DNA of 64,000 nucleotides. Origin: Parcubacteria group bacterium (lineage in GTDB: Bacteria > Patescibacteriota > Minisyncoccia > Moranbacterales > UBA2206). Shown here one piece after another: positions 9,052 to 18,808 of the stretch (position 1 is its first letter; the number at the start of each line of letters is the position of its first letter). The stretch spans positions 132,939 to 196,938 of the forward strand of contig JBAYLE010000001.1 of the NCBI GenBank assembly GCA_041664225.1, read 5' to 3'. Made by a program: the position numbers and the translations under genes. Under the pieces are notes generated by a model. It made no database searches, had not been told where the DNA came from, and saw only the letters and a program-made list of their open reading frames with translations.

Positions 9052-9486
9052 ATGCTCATCGGAGAATACCAACATTCTATTGATCCAAAAAAAAGATTGG
9101 CGGTACCAAGTAAATTTAGAAATGAGCTTAAGAACAAAGTTGTAGTGACGCGCGGTCTGGATAAATGTTTATTTGTTTATCCAATGAAAGTGTGGGAAGA
9201 GTTGGCTGGAAAATTGGGTACGCTTCCGGTGGGAGAAGCAGCGACGCGCAGTTTTATTCGTTTGATGCTGGCGGGCGCGACTGATGTTGAAGTTGACAAA
9301 CAAGGAAGAATTTTAATCCCAGATTATCTCAAAATTTATGCCGGGCTTAACAAAAATGTAATTGTGGCCGGAGTGTATAATCGTTTAGAAATTTGGGATG
9401 AAAAAAGGTGGGCGGTTTATAAAAAGAATGCTGAAAAAAATACGGATGAAATCGCGGAGCAACTTGGAAAATTGGGGGTATACTAA
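9052..9486 (+). CDS. mraZ: transcriptional regulator MraZ
   Basis: 144 aa with two SpoVT/AbrB-like halves (SIDPKKRLAVPSKFR ... VDKQGRILIPDYL). Confidence 0.9.
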   Translation: MLIGEYQHSIDPKKRLAVPSKFRNELKNKVVVTRGLDKCLFVYPMKVWEELAGKLGTLPVGEAATRSFIRLMLAGATDVEVDKQGRILIPDYLKIYAGLNKNVIVAGVYNRLEIWDEKRWAVYKKNAEKNTDEIAEQLGKLGVY

Positions 9487-9506
9487 AAATTTAAATTTGC
9501 AGACGA

Positions 9507-10451
9507 ATGATTACTCATAAGCCGGTTTTACTTTTAGAAAGCATAGCGGGACTTAATTTAAGAAAAGGAGCAACTATTGTGGACGCCACTCTGGGGGGAG
9601 GCGGACACAGTCGGGAAATTTTAAAAATAATTGGAAGAGGGGGCAGACTGATCGCGATTGATCAAGATAGGGCGGCGATAGAAAATTTCAATCCCGAGTA
9701 CTCGGGACAATTGCCGTCAGAAGTTGGTAACGTAGTTTTAGTTAAAGACAATTTTTCGAAACTAGAAAATATTTTGGGGGGCCAGGGAATAAAATCGGTG
9801 GATGGGATTTTAGCTGACCTCGGATATTCCTCGGCGCAACTGGAAGATGAAAGTTATGGAATGAGTTTTTTGAAAGACGCTGAACTTGATATGCGATTAG
9901 ACAAAGAAAATGCATTGACGGCTAAAAAAATCATCAATGAATATAGCCAAGCGGATTTGGAAAGAATAATCAGGGACTATGGGGAAGAGAAATTTGCAAA
10001 AAACATTGCCAAAAAAATAATTGAACGAAGAAAATCAGTTTCGATAGAAAAGACAATTGAATTAGCTGAGATTATCAATCAAGCAATTCCGGAAAGATAC
10101 AGGCATCAGAAAATTCATCCGGCTACACGAACATTTCAGGCGCTCCGTATCGAAGTGAACAAGGAATTGGAAAATCTCGAGAAATTTATTCCGGTGGCGA
10201 TCAATGTTTTGAGTCCGGGAGGCAGGTTAGCCATAATCTCATTTCATTCATTAGAGGACAGAATTGTTAAAAATATATTCAGGGAGAATGCTAGGGGATG
10301 CATTTGCCCGCCAGACTTTCCAAGTTGCCTTTGCGGGCATCAGGCGAAAGTAAAAATAATAACAAGAAAACCGATTGTTCCGGGCGCAGAAGAAATCGCA
10401 GAGAATCCAAGAGCAAGGAGCGCCAAGCTCCGGATCTGCGAAAAAATATAA
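9507..10451 (+). CDS. rsmH: 16S rRNA (cytosine1402-N4)-methyltransferase
   Basis: HKPVLL, DATLGGGGHS and DLGYSS motifs. Confidence 0.95.
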   Translation: MITHKPVLLLESIAGLNLRKGATIVDATLGGGGHSREILKIIGRGGRLIAIDQDRAAIENFNPEYSGQLPSEVGNVVLVKDNFSKLENILGGQGIKSVDGILADLGYSSAQLEDESYGMSFLKDAELDMRLDKENALTAKKIINEYSQADLERIIRDYGEEKFAKNIAKKIIERRKSVSIEKTIELAEIINQAIPERYRHQKIHPATRTFQALRIEVNKELENLEKFIPVAINVLSPGGRLAIISFHSLEDRIVKNIFRENARGCICPPDFPSCLCGHQAKVKIITRKPIVPGAEEIAENPRARSAKLRICEKI

Positions 10452-10570
10452 ACGCTTTGCGCTTGGAATTGCTTCACTCGCCCCAAATGAAAGTAAACTT
10501 TCGCTTGTGGGCTCGCTAGCAATTATAAAAACAAACAAACAAATTAATTTTCAGGGGGAACTGAAAATAA

Positions 10571-10969
10571 ATGTCAGTAGTTTTAGCCAGAAATTGGGGA
10601 AACAGCATTGCTGTTAAACGTAGAGCCGCGGCAGAAGGCAAGGTTTTTGTGTTGAAAAAATCAACGAGGCTTGCTGTTATGGATGGGCAGACCAGCCTCA
10701 ATGCGATTATTTTCGTGATGATCGGGTGCGTAATTTTTGCCGGAGCTGTTTATCTGTATCAGGTAAATAATATTACGATCAAGGGTTATGAGATCAAGGA
10801 AGTTGAAAATAAAATTAAAGATCTAGAGAAGGAAAGTCAAAAGCTCAAAATCAGGGAAGTGGAATCCAGGTCGATGTACAATATTGAAAAAGCCACGGAA
10901 GATCTTAATCTGGTAAATTCCGCTAACGTTTCTTACGTTGAAATGAAGGGCCCGATGGCCATGAAATAG
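10571..10969 (+). CDS. FtsL-like cell division protein (small bitopic coiled-coil membrane protein)
   Basis: Sits between rsmH and ftsI; one TM helix followed by coiled coil. The start is probably an internal Met. Confidence 0.4.
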   Translation: MSVVLARNWGNSIAVKRRAAAEGKVFVLKKSTRLAVMDGQTSLNAIIFVMIGCVIFAGAVYLYQVNNITIKGYEIKEVENKIKDLEKESQKLKIREVESRSMYNIEKATEDLNLVNSANVSYVEMKGPMAMK

Positions 10970-11064
10970 CAGGCTTTAATTTTCGGATGCTTTAATTTAT
11001 CAGAAGGAGGTTCGGTTTCCCTCAGCCTTTGCAGACTGTAAGGCCCGAACCTTTATGAATTTAA

Positions 11065-12996
11065 ATGGCGAACTTGACCAAAAACAGAAACTATAAAATA
11101 GGGAGCAGGTGCGCGATGAAAAAAGACGGCGTTGAAGTTTGCAACAATCGCCGGATATCGGTGTTGCTATTTTTTATTTTAATAATAATAGTGGCTGTTA
11201 TTTTCAAATTATATTCTTTGCAAGTACTTTCTTATGATTCATACAAGGCCTTGGCGGATGGCCAGCACACCTTATTTCAGGAATTGGTGCCTAAGCGCGG
11301 AGAAATATTTTTGAAAGATAAAGACAATTTATATCCAGTGGCCGTGAATCGCGAGACTAAGATGGCTTACGCTGTGCCCAAAGAAATCGAAAATATTCCG
11401 GAAACGGCGCGCTCGGTGGCTGCTGCCTTGCAAGTTGACCAAAGTGAGATGATGGCTAGATTCAGTAAATCGGAAGATATGTATGAAGTCATAAAGCACA
11501 AGCTGGGTGATGAAGAGATTGAAAAGATAAACAATTTAAAATTGAAGGGAATCCATTTAGCGGATGAAAGCTACCGATATTATCCTTCCGGGGAATTGGC
11601 AGCGAACGTTCTGGGTTTTGTAGGCTGGAAAGATAATGATTTCGGCGGCAGATATGGGGCAGAAGCATATTTTGATTCGCGGTTGAAGGGGGAAGAGGGG
11701 GAGATAACGCAAAGCCGAGATGCCTCCGGCGGCGGTGTGTTGATAAGGGGCAAAAATTTAGTGCAAGCCAGGGATGGCGATAATGTCATACTCACGATTG
11801 ATCATAGCGTGCAATACGAAACAGAAAAGCTCTTGAAAGCCGCAATTGAAAAAAACAATGCGGATAGCGGCTCTATAATTGTTATGGAACCTCAGACCGG
11901 GCGTATCCTAGCGATGGCCAATTATCCCACATTTGATCCAAATAATTACACCCAGGTAGAAGACATCTCGGTTTACAGGAACACGGCGATAAGCGACGCA
12001 TATGAGAGCGGCAGTGTTTTCAAGGCGATAACTATGGCGGCTGGGCTGGATAACGGATCTGTCAACCCGGACGCGACTTACAAAGATACCGGAGTCGTTA
12101 AAGAGGCAGGATACACAATCCAAAATTCTGACAGAAAAGCCAACGGTATCCAGACAATGACCCAAGTTTTAGAAAAATCACTGAATACGGGGGTTATTCA
12201 CGTGGAGAAATTGGTGGGCAATAAAAATTTTGCAGACTATGTGAAACGCTTCGGTTTTGGAGAATCAACCGACGTTGATCTTGTAGGGGAAGCGAGTGGT
12301 AATTTAAACAATTTAAAAAATTTAAAAAGCAATATTCAATTCTTCACTTCCGCCTTTGGCCAGGGCATCACTGTTACGCCAATTCAGCTGGCGACTGCCT
12401 ATAGCGCCATAGCCAATGGAGGAGTTTTGATGAAACCGCAAATAGTTGATAGAATAGTGAATCCCAATGGAAGCGAAGAGAATTTTCAGCCACAGGAAGT
12501 CAGACGGGTTATCTCTGAAAAATCAGCAACTTTATTAGTACAAATGCTCCGAAGTGTGGTGACTATTGGACATGGGAAAAGGGCGGATGTGCCTGGATAT
12601 CTGGTGGCTGGGAAAACTGGAACCGCCCAGGTGGCTAGTTCTGAGGTTCGGGGCTATGTGGAAGGCATAAACATCGGATCGTTTGCCGGGTTTGCGCCAA
12701 TGAACAATCCGCGCTTTACTATTTTAGTCAGAGTCAATAATCCAAAAAGCGTTGATTGGGCAGAATCAAGCGCGGCGCCGGCTTGCGGGGAACTTATGAA
12801 ATTTTTATTGGATTATTACAATATAGAACCAACAGAACAATATACGCAGGCGGATTTGGATAAATTCAATATGACGCATAATCTAAGTGATTATTTTATC
12901 AAGAATCCGGACGATGATGAAAATCTGACTGTGAACGCGATAACCAATCCGACTTCTGCCAAAGCCGAAGATCCTAAGAAAAAAAAGAAGAAATAA
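11065..12996 (+). CDS. ftsI: penicillin-binding protein 2/3 (peptidoglycan D,D-transpeptidase FtsI)
   Basis: N-terminal TM, SxxK (SVFK) and KTG (KTGTAQ) motifs. An alternative start at 11116 (MKKDG...) is possible. Confidence 0.9.
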   Translation: MANLTKNRNYKIGSRCAMKKDGVEVCNNRRISVLLFFILIIIVAVIFKLYSLQVLSYDSYKALADGQHTLFQELVPKRGEIFLKDKDNLYPVAVNRETKMAYAVPKEIENIPETARSVAAALQVDQSEMMARFSKSEDMYEVIKHKLGDEEIEKINNLKLKGIHLADESYRYYPSGELAANVLGFVGWKDNDFGGRYGAEAYFDSRLKGEEGEITQSRDASGGGVLIRGKNLVQARDGDNVILTIDHSVQYETEKLLKAAIEKNNADSGSIIVMEPQTGRILAMANYPTFDPNNYTQVEDISVYRNTAISDAYESGSVFKAITMAAGLDNGSVNPDATYKDTGVVKEAGYTIQNSDRKANGIQTMTQVLEKSLNTGVIHVEKLVGNKNFADYVKRFGFGESTDVDLVGEASGNLNNLKNLKSNIQFFTSAFGQGITVTPIQLATAYSAIANGGVLMKPQIVDRIVNPNGSEENFQPQEVRRVISEKSATLLVQMLRSVVTIGHGKRADVPGYLVAGKTGTAQVASSEVRGYVEGINIGSFAGFAPMNNPRFTILVRVNNPKSVDWAESSAAPACGELMKFLLDYYNIEPTEQYTQADLDKFNMTHNLSDYFIKNPDDDENLTVNAITNPTSAKAEDPKKKKKK

Positions 12997-12999
12997 ATT

Positions 13000-14301
13000 A
13001 TGTCAAAATTGAAGTTGTTGCAAAAAATGCTACGAATCATGGCAATCTTGGTGTTAAAAAAGTATGATCCCAAGATTGTCAGCGTGACCGGTTCGGTCGG
13101 AAAAACTTCCACCAAGGAGGCTATTTTTACAGTGCTAGCCAGCCAGTTCAGGGTCAGGAGAAATGAAAAAAATTATAACAATGAGATTGGGATTCCGTTG
13201 ACCATCATCGGCGCCAGCAGCGGGCAGAGCTCATTTCTCGGATGGCTGGGAGTTTTTTTGAAATGGATCGGGGTTATGATTTCACCCTTGGAATATCCGG
13301 AAATATTAATCTTGGAAATGGGCGCAGACCGTCCCGGCGATATCGAATATTTGACCGGCTTTATCAAATCGGATGTCGGTATCATAACGGATGTGTCTCC
13401 CAGCCATATTGAATTTTTTAAAAGCTTAGAAGAAATCAGCAAAGAAAAAGGGACGTTAGTCAAAAAGTTGGATGAAAAAAGTTTAGCAGTCATCAATATA
13501 GATAATTCTAACGTCGCCAAACTTAAAGAACAAATAAGGGCCAATCTATTAACAATCGGTTTTTTGGAGGAAGCTGAAATGCGCGCGACTGATCCGGCTT
13601 TTGTATACGCGGATGAAAATAATCATGATATCAAGGGCCTGAGTTTTAAGCTTAATTATAAAGGCACGACCATACCGGTGCGTTTGAATAATGTTTTAGC
13701 CAAGCATCAGATTTACCCGGCTCTGGCCGCCGCCGCTACGGGTATTTGGTTCCAGCTCAATCTGGTGGAAATCGCAGCGGCGCTGGAAAATTTTGCGTCG
13801 CCATGCGGACGACTGAATCTGATTTCGGGGATAAAAAATTCTTTGATTATTGACGATACGTATAATTCTTCGCCCACTTCCGCAATTGCCGCCTTGGATG
13901 TTCTGAAAGAAATAAAGGACAAAAGAAAAATTGTGGTTATGGGAGACATGTTGGAATTGGGCGCGGAAACTGAAAGGGGACACAGAAATATCGCGAAAAA
14001 ATTTCTGGAAGTTAAGGGTAATATTTTCTTGGGGGTCGGGCAGAGGATGCAGTTTGCGATTGAAGAAATTTCCAAACATAATTTTCCCAAAGACAATATA
14101 TTTTCATTTTGTAATCCGATGGAAGCCGGTAAAAAATTACAGGAAATCGTCCAGCCTGAAGATCTGATTCTAATCAAAGGTTCACAAGGCATGCGTATGG
14201 AAAAAGTGGTGGAAGAAGTCATGGCTCAGCCGCAGAAAGCCGACGAACTGCTGTGCCGGCAGAATGAGGAATGGAGAAATATTCCATTCAAGGAGGTATA
14301 A
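13000..14301 (+). CDS. murF: UDP-N-acetylmuramoyl-tripeptide--D-alanyl-D-alanine ligase
   Basis: P-loop GSVGKTSTKE, NYNNEIGIP and IDDTYNSSP motifs. Confidence 0.85.
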   Translation: MSKLKLLQKMLRIMAILVLKKYDPKIVSVTGSVGKTSTKEAIFTVLASQFRVRRNEKNYNNEIGIPLTIIGASSGQSSFLGWLGVFLKWIGVMISPLEYPEILILEMGADRPGDIEYLTGFIKSDVGIITDVSPSHIEFFKSLEEISKEKGTLVKKLDEKSLAVINIDNSNVAKLKEQIRANLLTIGFLEEAEMRATDPAFVYADENNHDIKGLSFKLNYKGTTIPVRLNNVLAKHQIYPALAAAATGIWFQLNLVEIAAALENFASPCGRLNLISGIKNSLIIDDTYNSSPTSAIAALDVLKEIKDKRKIVVMGDMLELGAETERGHRNIAKKFLEVKGNIFLGVGQRMQFAIEEISKHNFPKDNIFSFCNPMEAGKKLQEIVQPEDLILIKGSQGMRMEKVVEEVMAQPQKADELLCRQNEEWRNIPFKEV

Positions 14302-14324
14302 TATTTTCTTGTTTTGTTTTTATG

Positions 14325-14345
14325 CCCGCGCTTTGCGGGTTTTTG
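14325..14345 (+). terminator. Rho-independent terminator after murF
   Basis: cccgc-gcttt-gcggg hairpin followed by tttttg. Confidence 0.5.
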
Positions 14346-14389
14346 ATATTTCAGCTAAAATAAGCCTATGTAATTTATAAGTTTTTGTT

Positions 14390-15457
14390 ATGGGAAAGTT
14401 GGTTGAGCTCGAAGATTTCAAGAAGAAAATTGATATTGAAATTGAGAAGTATTTAAATCGGATTATTCATGAAACAAAAAAGCGTGATGCCTTAATGGCG
14501 GAAGCGGTTAAATATGTAAAGAAAATGACATTGGCTGGAGGCAAAAGGCTCCGCCCAACTCTTATGTATTATGGTTATCTTGCAGCCAATGGCAAAGAAA
14601 AAGAGAAAATGATCAAAGCCGCGGTGAGTATCGAGCTCATTCATATGTTTTTACTGATTCATGATGACATTATGGATCAGGATGATAAGCGACATGGCCT
14701 AGATACCTTGCATATTAAATATAAAAAATTAGGCAAGAGAATTTTCAAAAATAGGGGCCTAGATCATTTTGGCAATTCGATGGCCATCATTATTGGCGAT
14801 ATGGTAGGAGCATTGGGCAATCAGATAATTTTTGAATCGCAGTTCAAGGCGGAACTGGTTATACGGGCGCTTGCTAAGCTACAATCTATTGTTTCGATGA
14901 CGGTCATTGGTCAGTCGCAAGATTTGTACATTGAATACAGAGGTCGGGCCAGTGAGAAAGAAATTCTGTCTATGTATGAAAACAAAACTGCCAAATATAC
15001 AGTGGAGGGTCCATTACATCTGGGCGCGATTTTGGGCGGAGCTCCGGAAGCGGTAACTGCTGGCCTGAGCCGTTATGCTATTCCGCTCGGTATTGCCTTT
15101 CAGATCCAGGATGATATCCTGGGAGTTTTTGGGCATGAAGAAAAATTGGGGAAAAAAATTGGAGCGGATATTATTGAAGGCAAGCAAACGCTGCTAGTGG
15201 CCAGAGCCAAAAACAAGGCTAACGCCAAACAACAAAAAATTTTAAATGAACTTTTGGGCAAGAAAAATTTAACCGGAAATGATATAAAAGATTTTCAAGA
15301 TGTCTTGAAAGAAACCGGCTCGCTCGATTATGCGAAAAATTTATCCTACGAGCTTGTTCTAAGGGCCAAGCGCGAACTTCAAAAAATTAAAATAAATCCA
15401 GAAGCTAAAAATTTTTTGAATGACATTGCCGACTATATGATTGAAAGGGAACTATAG
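14390..15457 (+). CDS. polyprenyl diphosphate synthase (FPP/GGPP synthase family)
   Basis: First and second Asp-rich motifs LIHDDIMDQDD and FQIQDDILG. Confidence 0.85.
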   Translation: MGKLVELEDFKKKIDIEIEKYLNRIIHETKKRDALMAEAVKYVKKMTLAGGKRLRPTLMYYGYLAANGKEKEKMIKAAVSIELIHMFLLIHDDIMDQDDKRHGLDTLHIKYKKLGKRIFKNRGLDHFGNSMAIIIGDMVGALGNQIIFESQFKAELVIRALAKLQSIVSMTVIGQSQDLYIEYRGRASEKEILSMYENKTAKYTVEGPLHLGAILGGAPEAVTAGLSRYAIPLGIAFQIQDDILGVFGHEEKLGKKIGADIIEGKQTLLVARAKNKANAKQQKILNELLGKKNLTGNDIKDFQDVLKETGSLDYAKNLSYELVLRAKRELQKIKINPEAKNFLNDIADYMIEREL

Positions 15458-15482
15458 GCAGTTTGTAGTTTTTAGATTAATT

Positions 15483-16538
15483 ATGATTAAGAGGAGAAAA
15501 ACCAAGAAAATTAAAGTCGGAGACATTTTTATCGGCGGGGATAACCCGATTGCTGTGCAATCCATGTGCAATACCGATACGCGCGATGTCAAAAAAACCG
15601 TGGTGCAGATCAAACAGTTGGAAAAAGCCGGCTGTGAAATTGTGCGGCTGGCTATTCCGGACATGGTTGCGGCTAAGGCCATAGGAAAAATAAAAAAACA
15701 AATAAAAATTCCTTTGGTCGCTGACATTCATTTTTCAGCTGATTTAGCACTGGAGGTAATGCGGCAGGGAATTGATAAGTTACGAATAAATCCGGGCAAT
15801 ATCGGTTCAATCGATAAGATAAAAATGGTTGTCTGGGAAGCAAAAAAAAGGAAAATTCCAATCCGCATCGGTATCAATAGCGGTTCGCTCGGAAAAGAAA
15901 TTTTGAAAAAATACAGGGGCAAAGTGACGGCGGAAGGCATGGTGGAGTCAGCGATGCGGCACATCAAGATTCTGGAAAAATTAAAATTTTACGATATCGC
16001 GGTTTCGCTTAAGGCTTCAGATATCGAACGGACAGTCGAAGCTTATAAATTATTATCCAAAAAAACAAAATATCCGCTGCATATCGGCATCACCGAAGCC
16101 GGAACTATTTTTCGCGGTACGATCGTGTCGTCAATCGGCCTGGGCCATCTTTTATACAATGGTATTGGGGATACGATCCGGGTTTCCTTGACGGCAGATC
16201 CAGTGGAAGAAGTGCGGGTGGCTTGGGAAATTTTGAAATCGCTTGGCTTGCGGAAAAGAGGGGTTACGGTGACAAGTTGCCCGACTTGCGGCCGAACTGA
16301 AATTGATCTGATAAGCTTAGCTAAACAGGTGGAAGCAGAAATGGCTAATTTTAACAAAGATATACATGTGGCCGTGATGGGTTGTGTGGTAAATGGACCA
16401 GGTGAAGCTCGAGAAGCTAATCTGGCTATCATTGGGGGAAAAAAAGCCGGATTAATCATGAAGAATGGCGAAATACTAAAGAAGGTCGATGAAAATAAAT
16501 TACTAGCGGAATTTTTGAAAGAAGTGAAAAAATATTAG
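15483..16538 (+). CDS. ispG: 4-hydroxy-3-methylbut-2-enyl diphosphate synthase (flavodoxin)
   Basis: IGGDNPIAVQSMCNTDT, a TIM-barrel region and a C-terminal 4Fe-4S CPTCGR motif. The start is chosen at MIKRRK to avoid overlap with the upstream gene. Confidence 0.9.
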   Translation: MIKRRKTKKIKVGDIFIGGDNPIAVQSMCNTDTRDVKKTVVQIKQLEKAGCEIVRLAIPDMVAAKAIGKIKKQIKIPLVADIHFSADLALEVMRQGIDKLRINPGNIGSIDKIKMVVWEAKKRKIPIRIGINSGSLGKEILKKYRGKVTAEGMVESAMRHIKILEKLKFYDIAVSLKASDIERTVEAYKLLSKKTKYPLHIGITEAGTIFRGTIVSSIGLGHLLYNGIGDTIRVSLTADPVEEVRVAWEILKSLGLRKRGVTVTSCPTCGRTEIDLISLAKQVEAEMANFNKDIHVAVMGCVVNGPGEAREANLAIIGGKKAGLIMKNGEILKKVDENKLLAEFLKEVKKY

Positions 16539-16589
16539 TAATTTGGAGTCAATTTTGTAGTTGCTTTTTTATCGTTTTCAAGTTAAAAT

Positions 16590-17309
16590 TTGTTTATGTC
16601 AAATCAAATCACAAGTATTCCTAAACATGTTGCCATAATTCCTGACGGCAATCGGCGTTGGGCAAAAAATAATGGATTGAAGCCTTGGGAGGGCCATGAA
16701 GAGGGCGCCAAAAACACAGAAAAATTGGTCAGATTTGCTCTGGAAAATGGAATCGATTGCATTACGTTCTGGGGTTCCTCGCTGGATAATCTAACTAAAA
16801 GGCCCCTGAGAGAAAGGCAGGCGCTTTTGGATATTTATTCGCGATATTTCGAAAAATTGATAGGGGGTAAGGAAATACACGAGCAGGAAGCGCGGATAAA
16901 TATTATTGGCCGGTGGGAAGAACAACTTCCGGAATCATTAAAAAAAATTTTAAAAGAGGGCATAGAAAAGACCAAAAATTATAAAAAGAAAATTTTGAAT
17001 TTCATGCTGGCTTATGATGGCGACGATGAAATGATTCGGGCCATCCAAAATATCATAGATAATTGCGAAAAGGGAATGGAGATAACCGCGGAAGTCGTCA
17101 AGGAAAATCTGATGACCAAGGATATCCCCGCAGTGGATTATTTGATCAGGACTGGCGGAGAACCGCATTTAAGCGCCGGATTTATGATGTGGGACACGGC
17201 AGACGCCCAGTTGTATTTTTCTGAGAAGATGTATCCCGATTTCGGAACTTCGGAATTTCAAGAAGCATTGGAAGAATACGCGAGGAGACAAAGAAGGTTC
17301 GGAGTATAA
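16590..17309 (+). CDS. uppS: isoprenyl transferase (undecaprenyl diphosphate synthase)
   Basis: HVAIIPDGNRRWA and FWGSSLDN motifs. Confidence 0.9.
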   Translation: MFMSNQITSIPKHVAIIPDGNRRWAKNNGLKPWEGHEEGAKNTEKLVRFALENGIDCITFWGSSLDNLTKRPLRERQALLDIYSRYFEKLIGGKEIHEQEARINIIGRWEEQLPESLKKILKEGIEKTKNYKKKILNFMLAYDGDDEMIRAIQNIIDNCEKGMEITAEVVKENLMTKDIPAVDYLIRTGGEPHLSAGFMMWDTADAQLYFSEKMYPDFGTSEFQEALEEYARRQRRFGV

Positions 17310-17334
17310 ATCGTAAAATAAATTTTGTAATATT

Positions 17335-18447
17335 ATGAAAAAATACCTGCTTTTGACACTGCTGGTTCTAATTTTTCCAGCTTTAGTTTTTGCTCAGACG
17401 GAAAAGAAGAAGGCCATTTATTTTTATAGCAATACCTGCCCGCATTGCCTGCGCGTTGAAAAATATTTTGAAGACAATGGAATTTTTGAAAAATATGACA
17501 TTAAAAAAATCGAAACAAGTTCTGCGAAAGAGTTCGATTATCTCAATGAGTTTTTTGATGCTTTCGGCATAGTCGCGGACAAACGGGGATATCCAGTTGT
17601 TTTTTTTGATGACAAAATAATTATCGGAGACCAGCCGATCATTGATAGTTTTGTCAGTGAAATTGAAACGGTTGCTGCCGCAGACTTTCCAGATCCGGTT
17701 TCTTTAAAAAAAAGTTTTTCGGAGCAGAATAACAATGATGTCAATAGCGCGATAAAGGAGGACAAAGAAACATCAGTGGCCATCCCCGTTCTTTTGGGAG
17801 CAGCGCTTGTTGATGCAATAAACCCGTGTGCTTTTGCGGTTCTTATTTTGCTTGTTGCTACAATTATCGCATCTCAAAGCAGAAAAAAAGCCCTGTTGGC
17901 CGGACTTCTTTTTTCTTTTTCAGTTTTTATCTCCTATTTTTTAATGGGGCTTGGTCTTTACAGCGCTATTGGGGCGTTTAATCTGCCTAAAATAATTTCA
18001 ATTATCGTAGGAATCGTCGCGATTATTTTGGGGCTGGCCAATTTGAAAGATTTTTTCTGGTACGGAAAAGGTTTTGTTATGGAGGTTCCCTTTAGCTGGA
18101 GGCCGAGACTCCAGTCTTTGATAAAAGGAGTGACTAGCCCGATTGGAGCTTTTGGAACAGGATTTTTGGTAAGCCTATTTTTGCTTCCTTGCACAAGCGG
18201 ACCGTATCTGGTTATTTTAGGACTTATGGCGAAAAAGACGGAAATGGCGAAAGCCGTTTCCCTTCTGCTCTTATACAACATTATCTTTATCATGCCCATG
18301 ATTATCATAACCCTCGCTATGTATTTGGGGGTAAGGGCGAAGAAGCTGGAGGAATTTCGCCAAAAAAATATCAAAGTTTTGCATTTAATCGCTGGCGCAG
18401 TGATGCTTTTTATTGGGGTGTATCTTCTGTATGAATGGCTTAAATAA
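17335..18447 (+). CDS. thioredoxin-like (CPHC) domain fused to a DsbD/CcdA-type transmembrane thiol-disulfide transporter
   Basis: Signal peptide, then a Trx-fold with CPHC, then a polytopic domain with conserved Cys in NPCAF and LPCTSGP. Confidence 0.7.
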   Translation: MKKYLLLTLLVLIFPALVFAQTEKKKAIYFYSNTCPHCLRVEKYFEDNGIFEKYDIKKIETSSAKEFDYLNEFFDAFGIVADKRGYPVVFFDDKIIIGDQPIIDSFVSEIETVAAADFPDPVSLKKSFSEQNNNDVNSAIKEDKETSVAIPVLLGAALVDAINPCAFAVLILLVATIIASQSRKKALLAGLLFSFSVFISYFLMGLGLYSAIGAFNLPKIISIIVGIVAIILGLANLKDFFWYGKGFVMEVPFSWRPRLQSLIKGVTSPIGAFGTGFLVSLFLLPCTSGPYLVILGLMAKKTEMAKAVSLLLLYNIIFIMPMIIITLAMYLGVRAKKLEEFRQKNIKVLHLIAGAVMLFIGVYLLYEWLK

Positions 18448-18477
18448 TTAACTAGTAATTAATTTTTATATAAAGTT

Positions 18478-18792
18478 ATGGAAATAATATTTACCGATCA
18501 AAATTTTGATCAAGAAGTTATTAAAAGCGATAAGCCGGTGCTGGTGGATTTTTGGGCGCCATGGTGCGGACCTTGCCAGATGATGGGGCCGATTATCGAG
18601 GAATTATCCAAAGATATGGAAGGTAAAGCGAAAGTCGGTAAGCTTAATGTCGATGAACATTCTGAAACGGCGCAAAAATTCGGTATAATGTCCATTCCGG
18701 CACTTAAAATCTTTAAAGATGGACGGGTTGTTAAAGAATTTGTAGGGGTACAAAATAAGGATGTTTTGAAAGAAGCACTGGAAAAAGCTTAA
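18478..18792 (+). CDS. trxA: thioredoxin
   Basis: WAPWCGPCQ active site; 104 aa. Confidence 0.92.
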   Translation: MEIIFTDQNFDQEVIKSDKPVLVDFWAPWCGPCQMMGPIIEELSKDMEGKAKVGKLNVDEHSETAQKFGIMSIPALKIFKDGRVVKEFVGVQNKDVLKEALEKA

Positions 18793-18808
18793 TTATTTTT
18801 TATATACT

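Noticed and set aside
13713-14222. 169-aa and 127-aa minus-strand ORFs within murF
   Set aside because: Antisense to murF, with no independent support.
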